Below, in pieces: positions 11,601-23,775 of a stretch of DNA of 50,094 nucleotides. This DNA comes from Nemertoderma westbladi (Eukaryota > Animalia > Xenacoelomorpha): positions 1 to 50,094 of the forward strand of contig JAUCBJ010006651.1 in the NCBI GenBank assembly GCA_032718475.1, in the 5' to 3' direction. How positions within the stretch are numbered: position 1 is the first letter of the stretch; the number at the start of each line of letters is the position of its first letter. Position numbers and translations under genes: made by a program. The notes under the pieces are model-generated. The model was not told the DNA's origin. It was given only the letters and a program-made list of their open reading frames with translations, and ran no database searches.

Positions 11601-13997
11601 TCCTATATATAGAAATGTGTACACTCGCTGGGTTGGCAGTCTCAGGGACTGCCAACATGATTATTTGTTTTACTATTTTCCATGGAGCGCTTATCCAAAG
11701 CGAGTGTTAAATTGCCACGGAGTGCAAATCTCAATACACGAAGGAAGAATAGCTGAATTTCGGTTAACTGAAATTAATGACAAGGTGCTGTTTCCGACAC
11801 GTTTTTTTTTATCGGAGACCGGGACACTTATATCTGAAAAATTACACGAGAACCGGTACTTTAATATACCCACTGCAGCACTACTAAGGGTAACAGCTGA
11901 ATTAATTGTCAACAACGTGGTAATTTTATGAATTATCATTAAAATGTATACAAATAGTCAAATGATAATGTGATTGTTACGAATTATGTAATTCCAGCAG
12001 TGTATGCAAATTCTTATACAGTAAATATTTAATGATGAATTGTCAACAAAAACTAAAAAATATATTCCTTTCATCAAGTTCCACAGAGATGAAATTGAAT
12101 CTTACTACAAGAATCCTTATCTGTGATTATACAGTATATACTGTATATATATACAGATATACTTCATGAATCTTACTACAAAAATCCTTATCTGTGATTT
12201 TATAAGATGAAATTTTATTAAAATATTTAAGGATTCGAATTTACGAAATTTAACTGCTGCAACGGGTCTTTAACTCGGTAAATAATAGCACCAGGACCTT
12301 GTTCACTTACCACTGATTAAATTAAAGTACATTCTGCTTTAAAATAGTTATAGAAAGACTTTCTGCCATTATTTTAGTGGTAGAAAGTAATAATAGTGTG
12401 CGAAGACACTACTTTCTAGCACTGTACACACGCTCTTCACACACAAAATTTAATGAAAAAAGTGGATTTTTCAGATAAAATATCCAATCAAGAGATCAAG
12501 TTAGTGCTATGACTGGCTATAACGTCGTAATAATATATCCTTAATAAGTTTGTAGTATTTAGTAAAACAAAAATAATTGATTTATTATATTTGTAGTGAA
12601 TAATAACAAACGAAGTTGTGTGTAAAGTCAACATATCCAGATTGATGGCTCACAAAAATAGTATACTGTATGTAGACCGTTGATGCATCCCTATTTTATA
12701 AATTTTATTGAAAAATATAGGATATGGATAAGGCTCCATCGCATCTCGAGTACTAGGATAATCTTAAAATTAATTAAGAATTTTATTTTCGATTTTGAAT
12801 TATTGAATTTGAATGTTTGTAAATAAATTCCACATTTTGTTTAGAATTATTTACCTGCCATGTGTATATTGTATGTAATATAGTAATATCTCCCCAATCA
12901 CATACAACACCTCAACTCGCATACAACACGTCCACATGGCTTGCTTTTTTAACAAAAAAACAAACTTGAATCAGGGGAGTCTGTTTACTGCCAAAAATAA
13001 GTTTCCACAGTGTACAAAATAACAAAAAAAATCATATATATATTTGTGAATGGATGATCTGAAGTTACTGGAATAATTGATAAATAATAATTGTTTTTAA
13101 ACTATAAACATTATCCTATTGTATTATACAAAAATGATTGTTACAATATGAAATATTTTGCCAAGTAGTAGTCCCATTTATAAATAAAATAATCAGTACT
13201 CTCGTTTTCCGATTGAGCGATAATGAACACCGTTGATTGCAATGCCTCAAGAAGCGGTTCAATGAAAGATGTTTGCTAGTGGTCCCATTTCCCACTGCTA
13301 CTCTGCCACGTGTCCTGCCATTGGTTGTTCAGATCGGCTGCCCTATTAAAATTTTCAGTGTTCACCATGGTGTCAAACAAAGTCAATTATATGCCTTCCT
13401 TAGTCACTCAAGGTTAAGGTATAGGGAAAGGTCAGAGTGGCATGTAATTCTAACCAAAATAATAAACGGGATTCATAACACAGGTTTCAGGTTCGGGTAC
13501 GCATGACAAACGAGGGTAAGCAGGAAATGTTGCCATGGCGAGAGAGCATCGCCTCGTCTCATCTTCACCCAAAGCAATAATTATCATTAAATAATTACAA
13601 TTGTCTAGCTGATTATGTAACTGTATCCTATATTATTTTATAATTATTATTTTCCTCCAGGTTATTTGTTGGTTCGAACTAATGAGACTGGAACGTGCTC
13701 CTTTCCTTTAATTCGTAATTATCGGGTGAATGTTACACCAGCGGTTGAAGCTTGCACCTCCCAAACATGTTGGCGAAAACCACATTTACTCACATCTATA
13801 TAACCTACCGAAAAAGTTTTCAGATTCGTAATATGCACACAATATTATTGGCATTATTCTCTATTACTACTATTTGCATAAAATTACATTTATACTTACT
13901 GCATAAAATTAAATTTATACTTATTTCAACAACATTAATTAAACTTTTCAGATAAATTCGATACTTACCGTGCTGTATTCTAGCTGTACAGCACTAG
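11601..13997 (+). mobile_element. Possible non-autonomous Helitron
   Basis: 5' a|TCCTATATATAG and 3' hairpin gtgctgta...tacagcac ending in CTAG|t; 10-bp stem gttggcagtc/gactgccaac at 11632-11656. That the two ends belong together is inferred. Confidence 0.33.
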
Positions 13998-14552
13998 TCA
14001 CCTTATATCCTACTTACCTGTAGATATTGCGTTTCACTTGATTGTTACCGTTTTGCGATTATCTGATTGATCTACAGGCAATAAATATATATTATTCGCT
14101 TACCCTTATCTGCCTACTTTATTACATGGGCAGTAGAATGCCTATCATCATATTATATTGGCGAAAGACAATAAACGTCAACCATCACAATTTAAGATAA
14201 AATATTCTATCAAGAGATCCAGTAATAATAGGTAGATTTGGACAATGATGTGGTATAAGAAGTGTCATCATGATAAAGATTGATTTCTTTGAAACTTATG
14301 AAATATTGCATTATGAAAAGTGACAACTTAGACTTCCTGAACAGTTTAGTATATGCATTAATTCATACCTTTATAGGAAGGGATCTAGGGGTCTTAACCT
14401 CGAATGATACGTTTATTTTACCGAAAATAACTTGTCTTTTATTGGCGCAATTGTAGGACTAATCCCATCACATGCGTACTTTTTAACCGGGTAGTGTACA
14501 AACTTAGGAATCGCGTAATTTTTATTAAAATTAATATCTCATATCTCTCCAA

Positions 14553-14595
14553 AACACGTACGCGTTTCGACATTACTGGGTCTCTTCAGCGTGGT
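14553..14595 (-). ncRNA. Minimal type-I hammerhead ribozyme, copy 1
   Basis: Minus strand reads ACCACG CUGAAGA GAC ccaguaau GUC GAAA CGCG UA CGUGUU; core intact. Confidence 0.82.
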
Positions 14596-14888
14596 GTCGG
14601 ATTAGAACCTGGGACCTCGAGGTGGAAGCCGAGACAACAACCACTAGGCAACAGGTTCTTGAGATATGGAGTATTAATTTCAAAGGCAGCTGCCATTTTA
14701 TTAGCCCCTGATTTTTATTATTGATAGTAACAATGTGTTGGCAAGCTGTATTTTTCGAGGTGTTTGTTTTTATAGATTTATTATAGGAAGGGATCTAGGG
14801 GTCTTAACCTCGAATGATAAAGTTTACTTTTTTTAACCGGGTAGTGTACAAATTTAGGAATCTCTCTTCCTTTGGTTTTGAATCCGAC

Positions 14889-14931
14889 ACCACGCTAAAG
14901 AGACCCAGTAAGGTCGAAACGCGTACGTAGT
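14889..14931 (+). ncRNA. Hammerhead ribozyme copy 2, core mutated
   Basis: ACCACG CUAAAGA GAC ccaguaag GUC GAAA CGCG UA CGUAGU; CUGA changed to CUAA in the catalytic core. Confidence 0.7.
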
Positions 14932-15241
14932 TTGGAGAGATATGAGATATCAATTTCAATATAAATTACGCGATTCATAAATATGTACACTACCCGGTTT
15001 AAAAAAGTACGCATGTGATAGGATTAGTCCTACAATTGCGCCAATAAAAGATAATTTATTTTCTGTATAATAAACTTATCATTCGAGGTTAAGACCCCTA
15101 GATCCCTTCCTATAAAAGTATAATAACAAACACCTCGAAAAACTCAGCTTGCCAACACATTGTTACTATCAATAATAAAAATCAGGGCCTAATAAAATGG
15201 CAGCTGGTTTTGAAATTAATACTCCATATCTCAAGAACCTG

Positions 15242-15294
15242 TGGCCTAGTGGTTGTTGTCTCGGCTTCCACCTCAAGGTCCCAGGTTCGAATCC
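15242..15294 (+). promoter_or_regulatory. tRNA-like RNA polymerase III internal promoter (A and B boxes)
   Basis: A box TGGCCTAGTGG (15242-15252) and B box GGTTCGAATCC (15284-15294) at tRNA-like spacing; a degenerate copy lies on the minus strand at ~14599-14651. Confidence 0.75.
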
Positions 15295-15297
15295 GAC

Positions 15298-15340
15298 ACC
15301 ACGCTGAAGAGACGCAGTAAGGTCGAAACGCGTACGTGGT
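15298..15340 (+). ncRNA. Minimal type-I hammerhead ribozyme, copy 3 (intact)
   Basis: Stem I ACCACG/CGUGGU, CUGAAGA (15304-15310), stem II GAC/GUC, GAAA, palindromic stem III ACGCGU, GUA cleavage triplet (predicted cut after 15334). Confidence 0.88.
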
Positions 15341-15843
15341 TTGGAGAGATATGAGATATTAATTTCAATAAAAATTACGCGATTCCTAAGTTTGTACACT
15401 ACCCGGTTATAAAAAGTACGCATGTGATAAATAAAAGATAAATAAATAAAAGATTTGTTATTTTCGGTAAAATAAACGTATCATTCGAGGTTAAGACCCC
15501 TAGATCCCTTCCTATAAAGGTATGAATTAATGCATATACTAAACTGTTCAGGAAGTCTAATTTGTCACTTTTCATAATAATGCAATATTTCATAAGTTTC
15601 AAAGTAATGAATCTTTATCATGATGACACTTCTTATATCACATCATTGTCCAAATCTACAGGTAAGTTCAAAAAGGAGTACAGTAAAACCCCTCCAGGTT
15701 CCACGAAATGTATTACCTTTAAAACCGCAGTATGAAGTCATTTAAGTGTGTGATATGCGGAGATACGCATAATATTGGAAGTGTTCCTCCTTCCTGAAAA
15801 AGTATCTTAAAGAGCGGCATGGAGCAGCCTTCAATAGACGGTT

Positions 15844-17100
15844 GTGTTACAACTGTTTACGACCCAGACACCAGCGAGTGGTGACCCTGGAACTAGAAAG
15901 TGCAATATGATTACCGCCGTCATCTATTGTGCTCTGACACACGAAACGTCTTCGGCTAAAGTGGAGCTCATACAACAGAGCACTTCAGATAATAAAGACC
16001 CTTGGAAGTATCTAAACATCAGGACGGCATATGTGAATTCCCGGTGGTACAGCTCAAAATACATGGACTTGCACATGGACACACAATACATGGTTCGTAA
16101 GAGTTTTATCGTAAACGCACTCCTTGATTCAGGTAGTACAGGCATCTTCATTGACAAAGACCTAGCCGAAGAACTGTTTGCTGGGCAAAAGAGGTTTCGT
16201 ACAAGACTTAACCTCTCAGGAATAATACAGGTTTGGTAAGATCAGTCTTAAAAAAATTAAAATGGTTACTATTAATTAATAACTTTGCAGCCAGTCAGGC
16301 TGATCTATATAACTGTGACGAAGATAAATTCACAAGTAAGTACCATCTCCCTAGGTTCAGGGTGGACAAACCAGGAGTCTAATTACACAGAACACTCATG
16401 AGGCGTTGGAAGTACTGGAGAAAACACCTGCTAATTCATGGCCTTTACAAACTTATGCCGGATGTACTAGAGTGGGCTGGTTCTGTGCAGGCCCTTCACA
16501 GAGGACCCTTACAGACAGAATTTAATATTAAGGTGAGTAGAGAAGTACAGGACGCTAATCAAGTGGAGCTATGTAATTTAATTCACAAATTAAATGAGTT
16601 AGCCATCATCAATAACATCAAGAATAACATTTATATAAACGACAATACGAAGCCTTTGCACGCAGTGGAGGATGCTGTGGAGGTGGCCCGAGGTGCGTTA
16701 GATTGCCTGCACCGCTGTGGATTTGGATCGACCGAATTCGCTAGCAGCTCACAGGAGATTCTAGAAGAGGCCAAATGGGTAAAGTGGGAGAATTACCTTA
16801 CCGCTATCTCAGATTTGAAGATTCCCCACATGATGTTCTTCCTTCCTATTTCTATCAACTCCATGTTTTTGGGGACACCAAAGATATCTGGATAGGTGTG
16901 GTAGCTAACTTGAGTGTAGACACACCGGGAATAGGGGTAAGCGTATGCACCCTCAGGGTCTCTCATGGACAGCGAGCTTTGAGTGCCTCGAGTGGAGCTG
17001 GTAACAGCATTGTGCATTGTGCGCTACCGCAATTTGGAGAAGCATCACCAAGCGGGTCGACTTCAGGTTGGGTGGAACCTTATTCTGGACAGACGCCAAA
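15844..17100 (+). pseudogene. Highly decayed BEL/Pao LTR-retrotransposon pol fragments
   Basis: Aspartic protease ALLDSGSTGIFIDKDLAEEL; RT-like GFGSTEFASSSQEIL; DLKIP; RNase H-like QLHVFGD...GVVANL and PRVELVTA (cf. Pao LHVFSDAS and PRLEL). Confidence 0.72.
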
Positions 17101-18004
17101 TTGGGTTTGGAGAGCCTGACCGATCGGGTCTGCCACGGTTGTCATTGATCGAACCACTATTGGGCAGTGGAGGCACGGCCTCGGCTTTATTAGTCCAGCA
17201 GACATAACACATAAGGGGAGCAACACAGGAGCCAATGGAGGCTCGAGGTAGAGAAGTGCTCTACACTGAGAACCGAGTCTGGAAACCTGGCATTCCAGAT
17301 ATTACCAACAGTATATACCCCCTCATGGGACGAGCTTTGTCTCATTACTGCTGTTGGATTCGACCTGATTAACTGTCAAATAGGTCATATTAACTCACCT
17401 ATTGCGGGGGCAGGTAGATAGTACTGTAAACGTAAATCCTATCCTGATTATGTCAATTTTCATATGCAGTATGTACGCTAGATTGTAAGTAGAGATTTAA
17501 AATTGCAGTCATATTTTAATTTAGTCTCTTTTATTTTATATTTAGTTAAATAGTTCCAAGTGCAATTATTCTCCAGATTAGTGCAATAATGTAAGAAAAT
17601 GTACAATATGAATTAAACTAGTTTTATTATATAGATTCATATTGTTTTATACCTAACTAGGATTAACTTAACTTTCTCTTTGGTCTTATTGCTCTTATAT
17701 ATTTAAATAAATTATAGACTCGTGGTAAGAGAAGTCTTTCCTATTATAGGAGACCTTGATATCACTGTCCTTCCTGCTTAATTACAGTTAACGTCCCCTG
17801 ACATTATCTGGGGTGGGCGACACGAAGCTCCCTTAATTTTAAAGTTAACGGAAGTTTAACGGAAGTGCACTTAACGGAGAACTCATAATGGGCGACACGA
17901 ACGAGTAATTAGGCCTCTGTTAGTGAGTTCTCCATTAAGGCTCCGTTAGTACTAAAAGTGATACTTTCCAAATGATCATAAAATTGCGTATAGGTGAATG
18001 TTGT

Positions 18005-18264
18005 TGTTGGAAATCGTCTAACGCCCTTTTTATTGAACCCTTCATCCATCATCTGACTGTCTGACTCCTACCGTCAGGTTCTGCAGTAGTATCGTTAGGC
18101 TGTTCTGTCATATTGTGTTTTTGGTGTTGGGGTGCGGTACCGGTAATGATTGTTTGTATTTCATATATAACTGACTATATTTACTAAATACTGCAACGTA
18201 TGATGTTGGAAGTTTTTTTATTAAAAACAGTGGATTTGACTTGGAGAAACATATATTTCTAACA
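18005..18264 (+). repeat. Copia 5' LTR (260 bp)
   Basis: tgttggaaatcgtc...tttctaaca; about 4 substitutions and 1 indel relative to the 3' LTR, counted by eye. Confidence 0.95.
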
Positions 18265-18278
18265 GGTTATGGGCCCAG
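18265..18278 (+). promoter_or_regulatory. Primer-binding site GGTTATGGGCCCAG (half-tRNAiMet type)
   Basis: Immediately follows the LTR; same sequence as the PBS known for Drosophila copia, which is primed by a 5' fragment of initiator tRNA-Met. Confidence 0.88.
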
Positions 18279-18552
18279 GACACGGCAATTTGAAACCTTG
18301 TAATGCTGGCTGCAACCCTCGGCTGCGGGCTGACTGCGACTGGCAGAAATGCTGAACTGAGGTAAACGATTTAATATAATTTAGGCTTATTACGGACTGC
18401 AGTATTGAATGCCAAGGAAATGCTGAACTGTGGTAAACGATTTAATATAATATAGGCTTATCACGGACTGCAGTATTGGATACCAGTATCAGCAAACGAA
18501 TGCAGGAATATGCTGCACTTATTGAAGTAAAGTAAATGTACATCGATCAGCC

Positions 18553-21500
18553 ATGGCTAGTGAATATAAAGTTGGGTTGTGCACAGATAAATTTAACGGC
18601 ACGAATTGGTTCATGTGGAAACATAAAATACAGATGGTGTTGATTTCTTTAGATTTATGGGAAATCGTGATAGGTGAAGAAGTTGCCCCAGAAAGTGGTG
18701 GAGAGGCACTTCAAAAATTCAATAAAAGAGATTCAAAAGCGCGGGCTGAAATTAGCCTACATCTGTGTGACCCTCAGTTGCCATTAGTTATAGGAAAACT
18801 CACTGCAAAAGATGCATGGGACGCATTAAAGAAACAGTACGAAATGAGAACAATGCAAAACATCATATTCCTTAAACGGAAATACCGCAATGCGAGATTG
18901 TGTGATGGTGGCGACATGTTATCTCATATAAATAAACACCAAGAATTGGCAACTCAATTAGCGGCGATAGGGGCTGAAGTTTCAGAAATCGAGCAGGTGT
19001 GGGAGTTGCTGCTAGGTTTACCTGAACCCTTTGACAATTTAGTTAATACACTAGAAATGAATGATAATCTCACACTTGATTACCTCCGTCAAAAACTGTA
19101 AAAGAGAATAGAGTCCAAAAAGCCTGAAAATGGAGAAAATGATGCATTGCTGAGCCACACTAGAAACTTATCAGTCTCTGGTGTCCAGCAACACCAACAA
19201 CGAGGATTTAGTGTGAATCGCGGATTCAATAACAGCAACTACAATATAGGCAACAATTTTGGCAACCAAAGAAATAGTTACAGTGGTGGAAATTTTAGAC
19301 CCGCTAAATGTTTTAACTGTGGTAAACTTGGTCATATAGCAAAATATTGTAGATCAAATAATTTTCCAGAACAACCAACCCCTAAATCAAATGTGAACCT
19401 AACTTATTCAACTGACTCATGTACATTTTGGTCTTCTACATTACTTCAAATAGTGATGAAAATTCGATTAAATGGTTCATTGATTCTGGCGCAACACAGC
19501 ATATGTGTTGTAAATTAGATTATTTTGATGAGTATTGCGAGTTCAGTCAATCTCAGGTTGTTCATCTGGCAAATGGTGAGACTGTTGAGGCATTAGGGAA
19601 AGGTAAAGTAAAGTGGGAAAATCCTAATAAAAGGGGAAACTGTGCATTTGAAAACGTATTGTTTGTACCAAATTTGAGTCAAAATTTGTTATCTGTGAAA
19701 CGAATTACTGAACACAATTCATGTGTCATATTTAACCTGAGAAAATGTGAAATTTTCGATAGATTTAATGATAAACTGCTAGCCATTGCACAGATACGAG
19801 AAAATGGTAACCAGTACGAACTTGATGGTTCTGTAATTAAAGTTCTAAATAATAATGAGAACTTTGTATATTCTGCATCAACTTTGGACATATGGCATCG
19901 CCGTTTAGGACACGTTAATGAACAGACACTAAAAATTATGTTTAAAGATGACTGTGTCAATGGCTTAGATATTAACGTTGAGGACAAACTGAACTTTTGT
20001 AAGGGGTGTGTTCTAGGAAAGCAGACAAGAAATCAATTTCCAAAAACAAGTAATTCAAGGGCATCTGATGTTCTTGAACTTGTCCACTATGATGTCTGCG
20101 GGCCAATGTCAAAGGCATCAAATGGCGGAAATAGATATTTTGTTACATTCATAGACGATAAGTCAAGGTTCTGTGGAGTCTATTTTATGAAGGAAAAATG
20201 TGAAGTTATGGAGAAATTTGTTGAATTTATACAAATGGCTGAGAGACAGACAGATAAAAATATTAAAGTGATTCGCTTTGACAATGGCAGAGAGTATTTA
20301 AATAATGATTTTGACAATTTCTTGAAGCAGAAGGGCATTCGCAAACAGGTGACTGTAAGATACTCCCCACAAGAAAATGGAGTTGCAGAGAGAAAGAATA
20401 GGACCTTAGTTGAATCAGGTAGATCTATGATAGAATATGCCGGGCTGCCGATCTCCTTCTGGGCTGAATCAGTTTTGGTTTCTGTATATATTAATAATCG
20501 ATGTTTAACAAAAGCTGTTACGAATCAAGTTCCATATGAATGTTTCTATGGCAAAAAACCATCAGTTTCAGACTTTAAGGTCTTTGGGTGTGATGCATGG
20601 GTTCATGTCCCTAGTCAGAAAAGAAAGAAGTGGGATCCTAAGAGTGAGAGACACATCTTTGTAGGTTATGATGGCAAAAAGAAAGGTTATAGAGTATATG
20701 ACCCACACACAAGGCGTGTATTTGTTAGTCGTGATGTTAGGTTCGATGAACACAGCTTTGGAGATAGTATATCCCATATCAAACATGAGATAGAGTCAAA
20801 GTGTTTTGACAATACTGCTAATGATGATATAGTGGTCCCAGTTGCTTCAGTAATTGTTACTGGGAAAGTAAATTATAAGTTAGAAACTGAGCCTGAAATG
20901 AGGACTGAGAAAGTAAATGACAAATTAAATTATAAGTTAGAAACTGAGCCTGTAATGAGGACTGAAAAAGTAAATGACAAATCAAAACCAGTGCCTGAAG
21001 TGAGGAAGTCGTCAAGAGTTAGAAAACTGCCAGACAGATATGGTGAGTGGATTGAGGGCGATGAATTTGATAATATGGTTTTCTCAGTATCCATGGAGCC
21101 AAGAACCATAAATGAAGCAATAGAAAATGAATATAACTCGTTAACCAACAACAAAACCTGGTCTTTAGTTGAATTGCCAGAAGGTAGAACAGTCGTTGGT
21201 AGTAAATGGACTTTTAAAGAAAATAAGGATTCTAATGGAGAAGTCATACGCTACAAAAGGCGGCTTGTAGCTCAGGGCTTCACTCAACAGCCCAATTTGG
21301 ATTATCAAGAAACGTTTGCACCAGTTGCACGCTGTACCTCTATTCGTACAATACTAGCTCTTGTGAATGAGTATAACTTAGAACTACACCAAATGGATGT
21401 TGAGACAGCCTTCCTGAATGGTGTACTGGAGGAAGAGATCTTTATGAAACACCCAGATGGATTTATCAAGGAAGGAAATGAGAACTTGGTATGTAAACTT

Positions 21501-22607
21501 CACAAGAGTATTTATGGATTGAAACAAGCCTCTCGATGTTGGTATCAAGTAATGGATGATCCTTAAGGGATCTGGATACATACAATCGGATTCTGATCCT
21601 TGCATTTACATCAAACACATTGGAGACAACTTTATGATCTTAGCTCTATACGTTGACGACTTATTGATGGCATCTAATGACATTACTATGCTGATTGGAG
21701 AAAAGGATTTACTGAAAAAGCGATTTCAGATGAAGGACATTGGCGAAGCCACATGGTGTTTAGGTATAAAGATTGACAGAAACAGAAGTAATAGCAGCAT
21801 GAAGTTATCTCAAAGGAGCTATCTTGAAAATATATTGAAGTGTTTTGGAATGGAAAATTGTAACTCTGTTTCAACACCCATTGACCCTAGTATTACTTTG
21901 TCCCCTAATGAGGGTGATCCGGTTGACAAAAGAAGTTATCAGGCGGCTATAGGTGCTCTAAATTACATTGTAAGTGCTACCCGACCAGACATTGCTGCAT
22001 CTCTCAGCAGCGTTAATCAATTCTGTTCTAATCCTGGGAATGAACACTGGGTAGCTGTGAAAAGGATACTTCGATACATCAAAGGGACACCAGACATCGG
22101 TGTTGAATTTGTATCATCTAAAGTTAATATTGCAAAACTTGTTGGTTATGTAGATGCCGACTGGGGTCGGAACTATGACCGAAAGTCTATGTCAGGGTTC
22201 TTATTCTTTATAAACAATTCATTAATCTCATGGAGTTGTAAAAAACAATCAACCGTAGCACAAAGTACTACAGAAGCTGAATACATAGCAGCGAGTTTGG
22301 CCACGAGAGAACTGGTATGGTTGAGGACTCTCTTGAAAGACTTAAGGTTTGAACTTTTGAACAAGGGAAATCTACCACACTATATGAGGATAATAATGGA
22401 TGTATTGCTCTTTCGAAAGATCATCGATTTCATGGGAGAACTAAACATATTGAAATAAAACATCACTTTGTTCGAGATATGGTGAATAAAAAACTTGTTA
22501 CTTTAGAACACTGCTCATCAAACAACATGATTGCAGATATAATGACAAAGCCTCTTTCAAAGGAGAAATTCATTGAGTTTAGAACAAAAATGATGACTCT
22601 CGTTTAA
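18553..22607 (+). pseudogene. Copia gag-pol polyprotein, disrupted
   Basis: Gag (KFNGTNWFMWK), CCHC knuckle (CFNCGKLGHIAKYC), protease WFIDSGATQHM, integrase (WHRRLGH, DVCGP, PQENGVAER), RT (QMDVETAFLNG, LYVDDLL), RNase H (GYVDADW, ADIMTKPL). Stop at 19099-19101; frameshifts near 19430, 21560 and 22370. Confidence 0.95.
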
Positions 22608-22684
22608 ATATATTGACGAGTTAGTGGGAATGTGAAATCGTCAGTATAATATGCACTTTTATCAGATGATCATGGGCTGACGAC

Positions 22685-22693
22685 GAGTGGGAG
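22685..22693 (+). promoter_or_regulatory. Polypurine tract of the copia element
   Basis: GAGTGGGAG directly before the 3' LTR. Confidence 0.8.
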
Positions 22694-22952
22694 TGTTGGA
22701 AATCGTCTAACGCCCTTTTTATTGAACCCTTTATCCATCATCTGACTGTCTGACTCCTACCGTCTGGTTCTGCAGTAGTATCGTTAGGCTGTTCTGTCAT
22801 ATTGTGTTTTTGGTGTTGGGGTGCGGTACCGGTAATGATTGTTTGTATTTCATATATAACTGACTATATTTACTTAATACTGCAACGTATGATGTTGGAC
22901 GTTTTTTATTAAAAACAGTGGATTTGACTTGGAGAAACATATATTTCTAACA
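22694..22952 (+). repeat. Copia 3' LTR (259 bp)
   Basis: Near-identical direct repeat of 18005-18264. Confidence 0.95.
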
Positions 22953-23060
22953 GTTGTTGTGGTTGCTTAGGCAACTCGATAATGTTATTGTTGGAGTGCC
23001 ATTTCAAATTGAAACCCTTCCACACCTAAAACATATTATAGACAAAAGCAGTACATACTA

Positions 23061-23775
23061 CAGTACAGGCTACCAGAAAACGCAGATTTGTACAAATGTG
23101 AACATATTTGATCAAATGTGTACCAGTGTAATGTAATGTTGTTGAATCAATTGAATATAATTGAACATATTTGAATTGGCAACAACCAAAATTTTTTCGC
23201 CAAAGAATACATTTGAATACTTTTGAAACGCATAGTAATATGGAAACTCTCTGTAGTTTGCCGCAAACTGTCACTCACTGCAGCTGGAAATGCGATAAGG
23301 ATTTTGTTTACCTTTTATAGTGTGCGGTTAATAGTGTCTAGTGATGTTCTATAGTTAGTGATGTTAAGGCATGTTCTGGCTTCTGGTCTTTCTCTGTGCC
23401 CTCTCGGTGTCAGACTAATGGCGCGACATCTCCCTGCACTAAATTAATTATTCAATGGTCTAGCCTGCTCCATCCATATACCCATACACTCCATGAATCT
23501 CCATGTGGTCTTGTATGTAGTTCTCTCTCTACCAATACAGCCCATGTCCTAAGTGTTACGCCCTGGGGGCTCTCTCATCTAACCTGATATCAGACATACA
23601 GGCACACCGCGCACAAAGCTTTTGTCGGTCCCAGCAAGTCAGCCTCCTGCTGTGTGATCTAGAAGATAACTCGCCATTGAATTAATGTAGTGACCTACCA
23701 ATCAGATGACTTGAACAAATGTGTTCACATGTGATCACATTTGATGAAATCTGCTTTTTCTGGTGGCCTGTACTG
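23061..23775. mobile_element. MITE, possibly Tc1/mariner-like, ~60-bp imperfect TIRs
   Basis: TA|CAGTACAGGCTACCAGAAAACGCAGATTT ... AAATCTGCTTTTTCTGGTGGCCTGTACTG|TA. Confidence 0.65.

Larger units (their letters stand above)
14232..15659. mobile_element. 1.43-kb palindromic retrozyme/Penelope-like non-autonomous element built of ~409-bp hammerhead-containing units
   Basis: Minus arm ~14232-14862 and plus arm ~14874-15659 are reverse-complement copies with a shared ~135-bp outer tail; plus-strand hammerhead cores lie 409 bp apart (14895, 15304). Confidence 0.8.
18005..22952 (+). mobile_element. Full-length Ty1/copia LTR retrotransposon, coding-defective
   Basis: Paired TG..CA LTRs, 5-bp TSD GTTGT (18000-18004, 22953-22957), PBS, PPT, gag-PR-IN-RT-RH order. 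Confidence 0.97.

Noticed and set aside
13237-13506. QLYAFLS resembling Pif1/Helitron helicase motif VI
   Set aside because: One weak motif; no other helicase motifs nearby.
8315-14225. ~30-bp matches between 8315 and 14164, and between 12475 and 14196
   Set aside because: Short fragments of dispersed repeats with no definable element.
15236-15305. Functional tRNA gene
   Set aside because: A and B boxes are present but the acceptor and anticodon stems do not pair; treated as a tRNA-derived head.
14494-15423. Near-identical ORFs 14494-14724 (+) and 15169-15423 (-)
   Set aside because: Mirror images from the palindrome, antisense to the ribozyme unit; no coding signature.
17811-17950. Harbinger-like end (GGGTGGGCGACACGAAG with TTAACGGA repeats)
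   Set aside because: No matching second terminus or TSD found.
19679-22364. Antisense ORFs within the copia element
   Set aside because: Shadow frames of pol.
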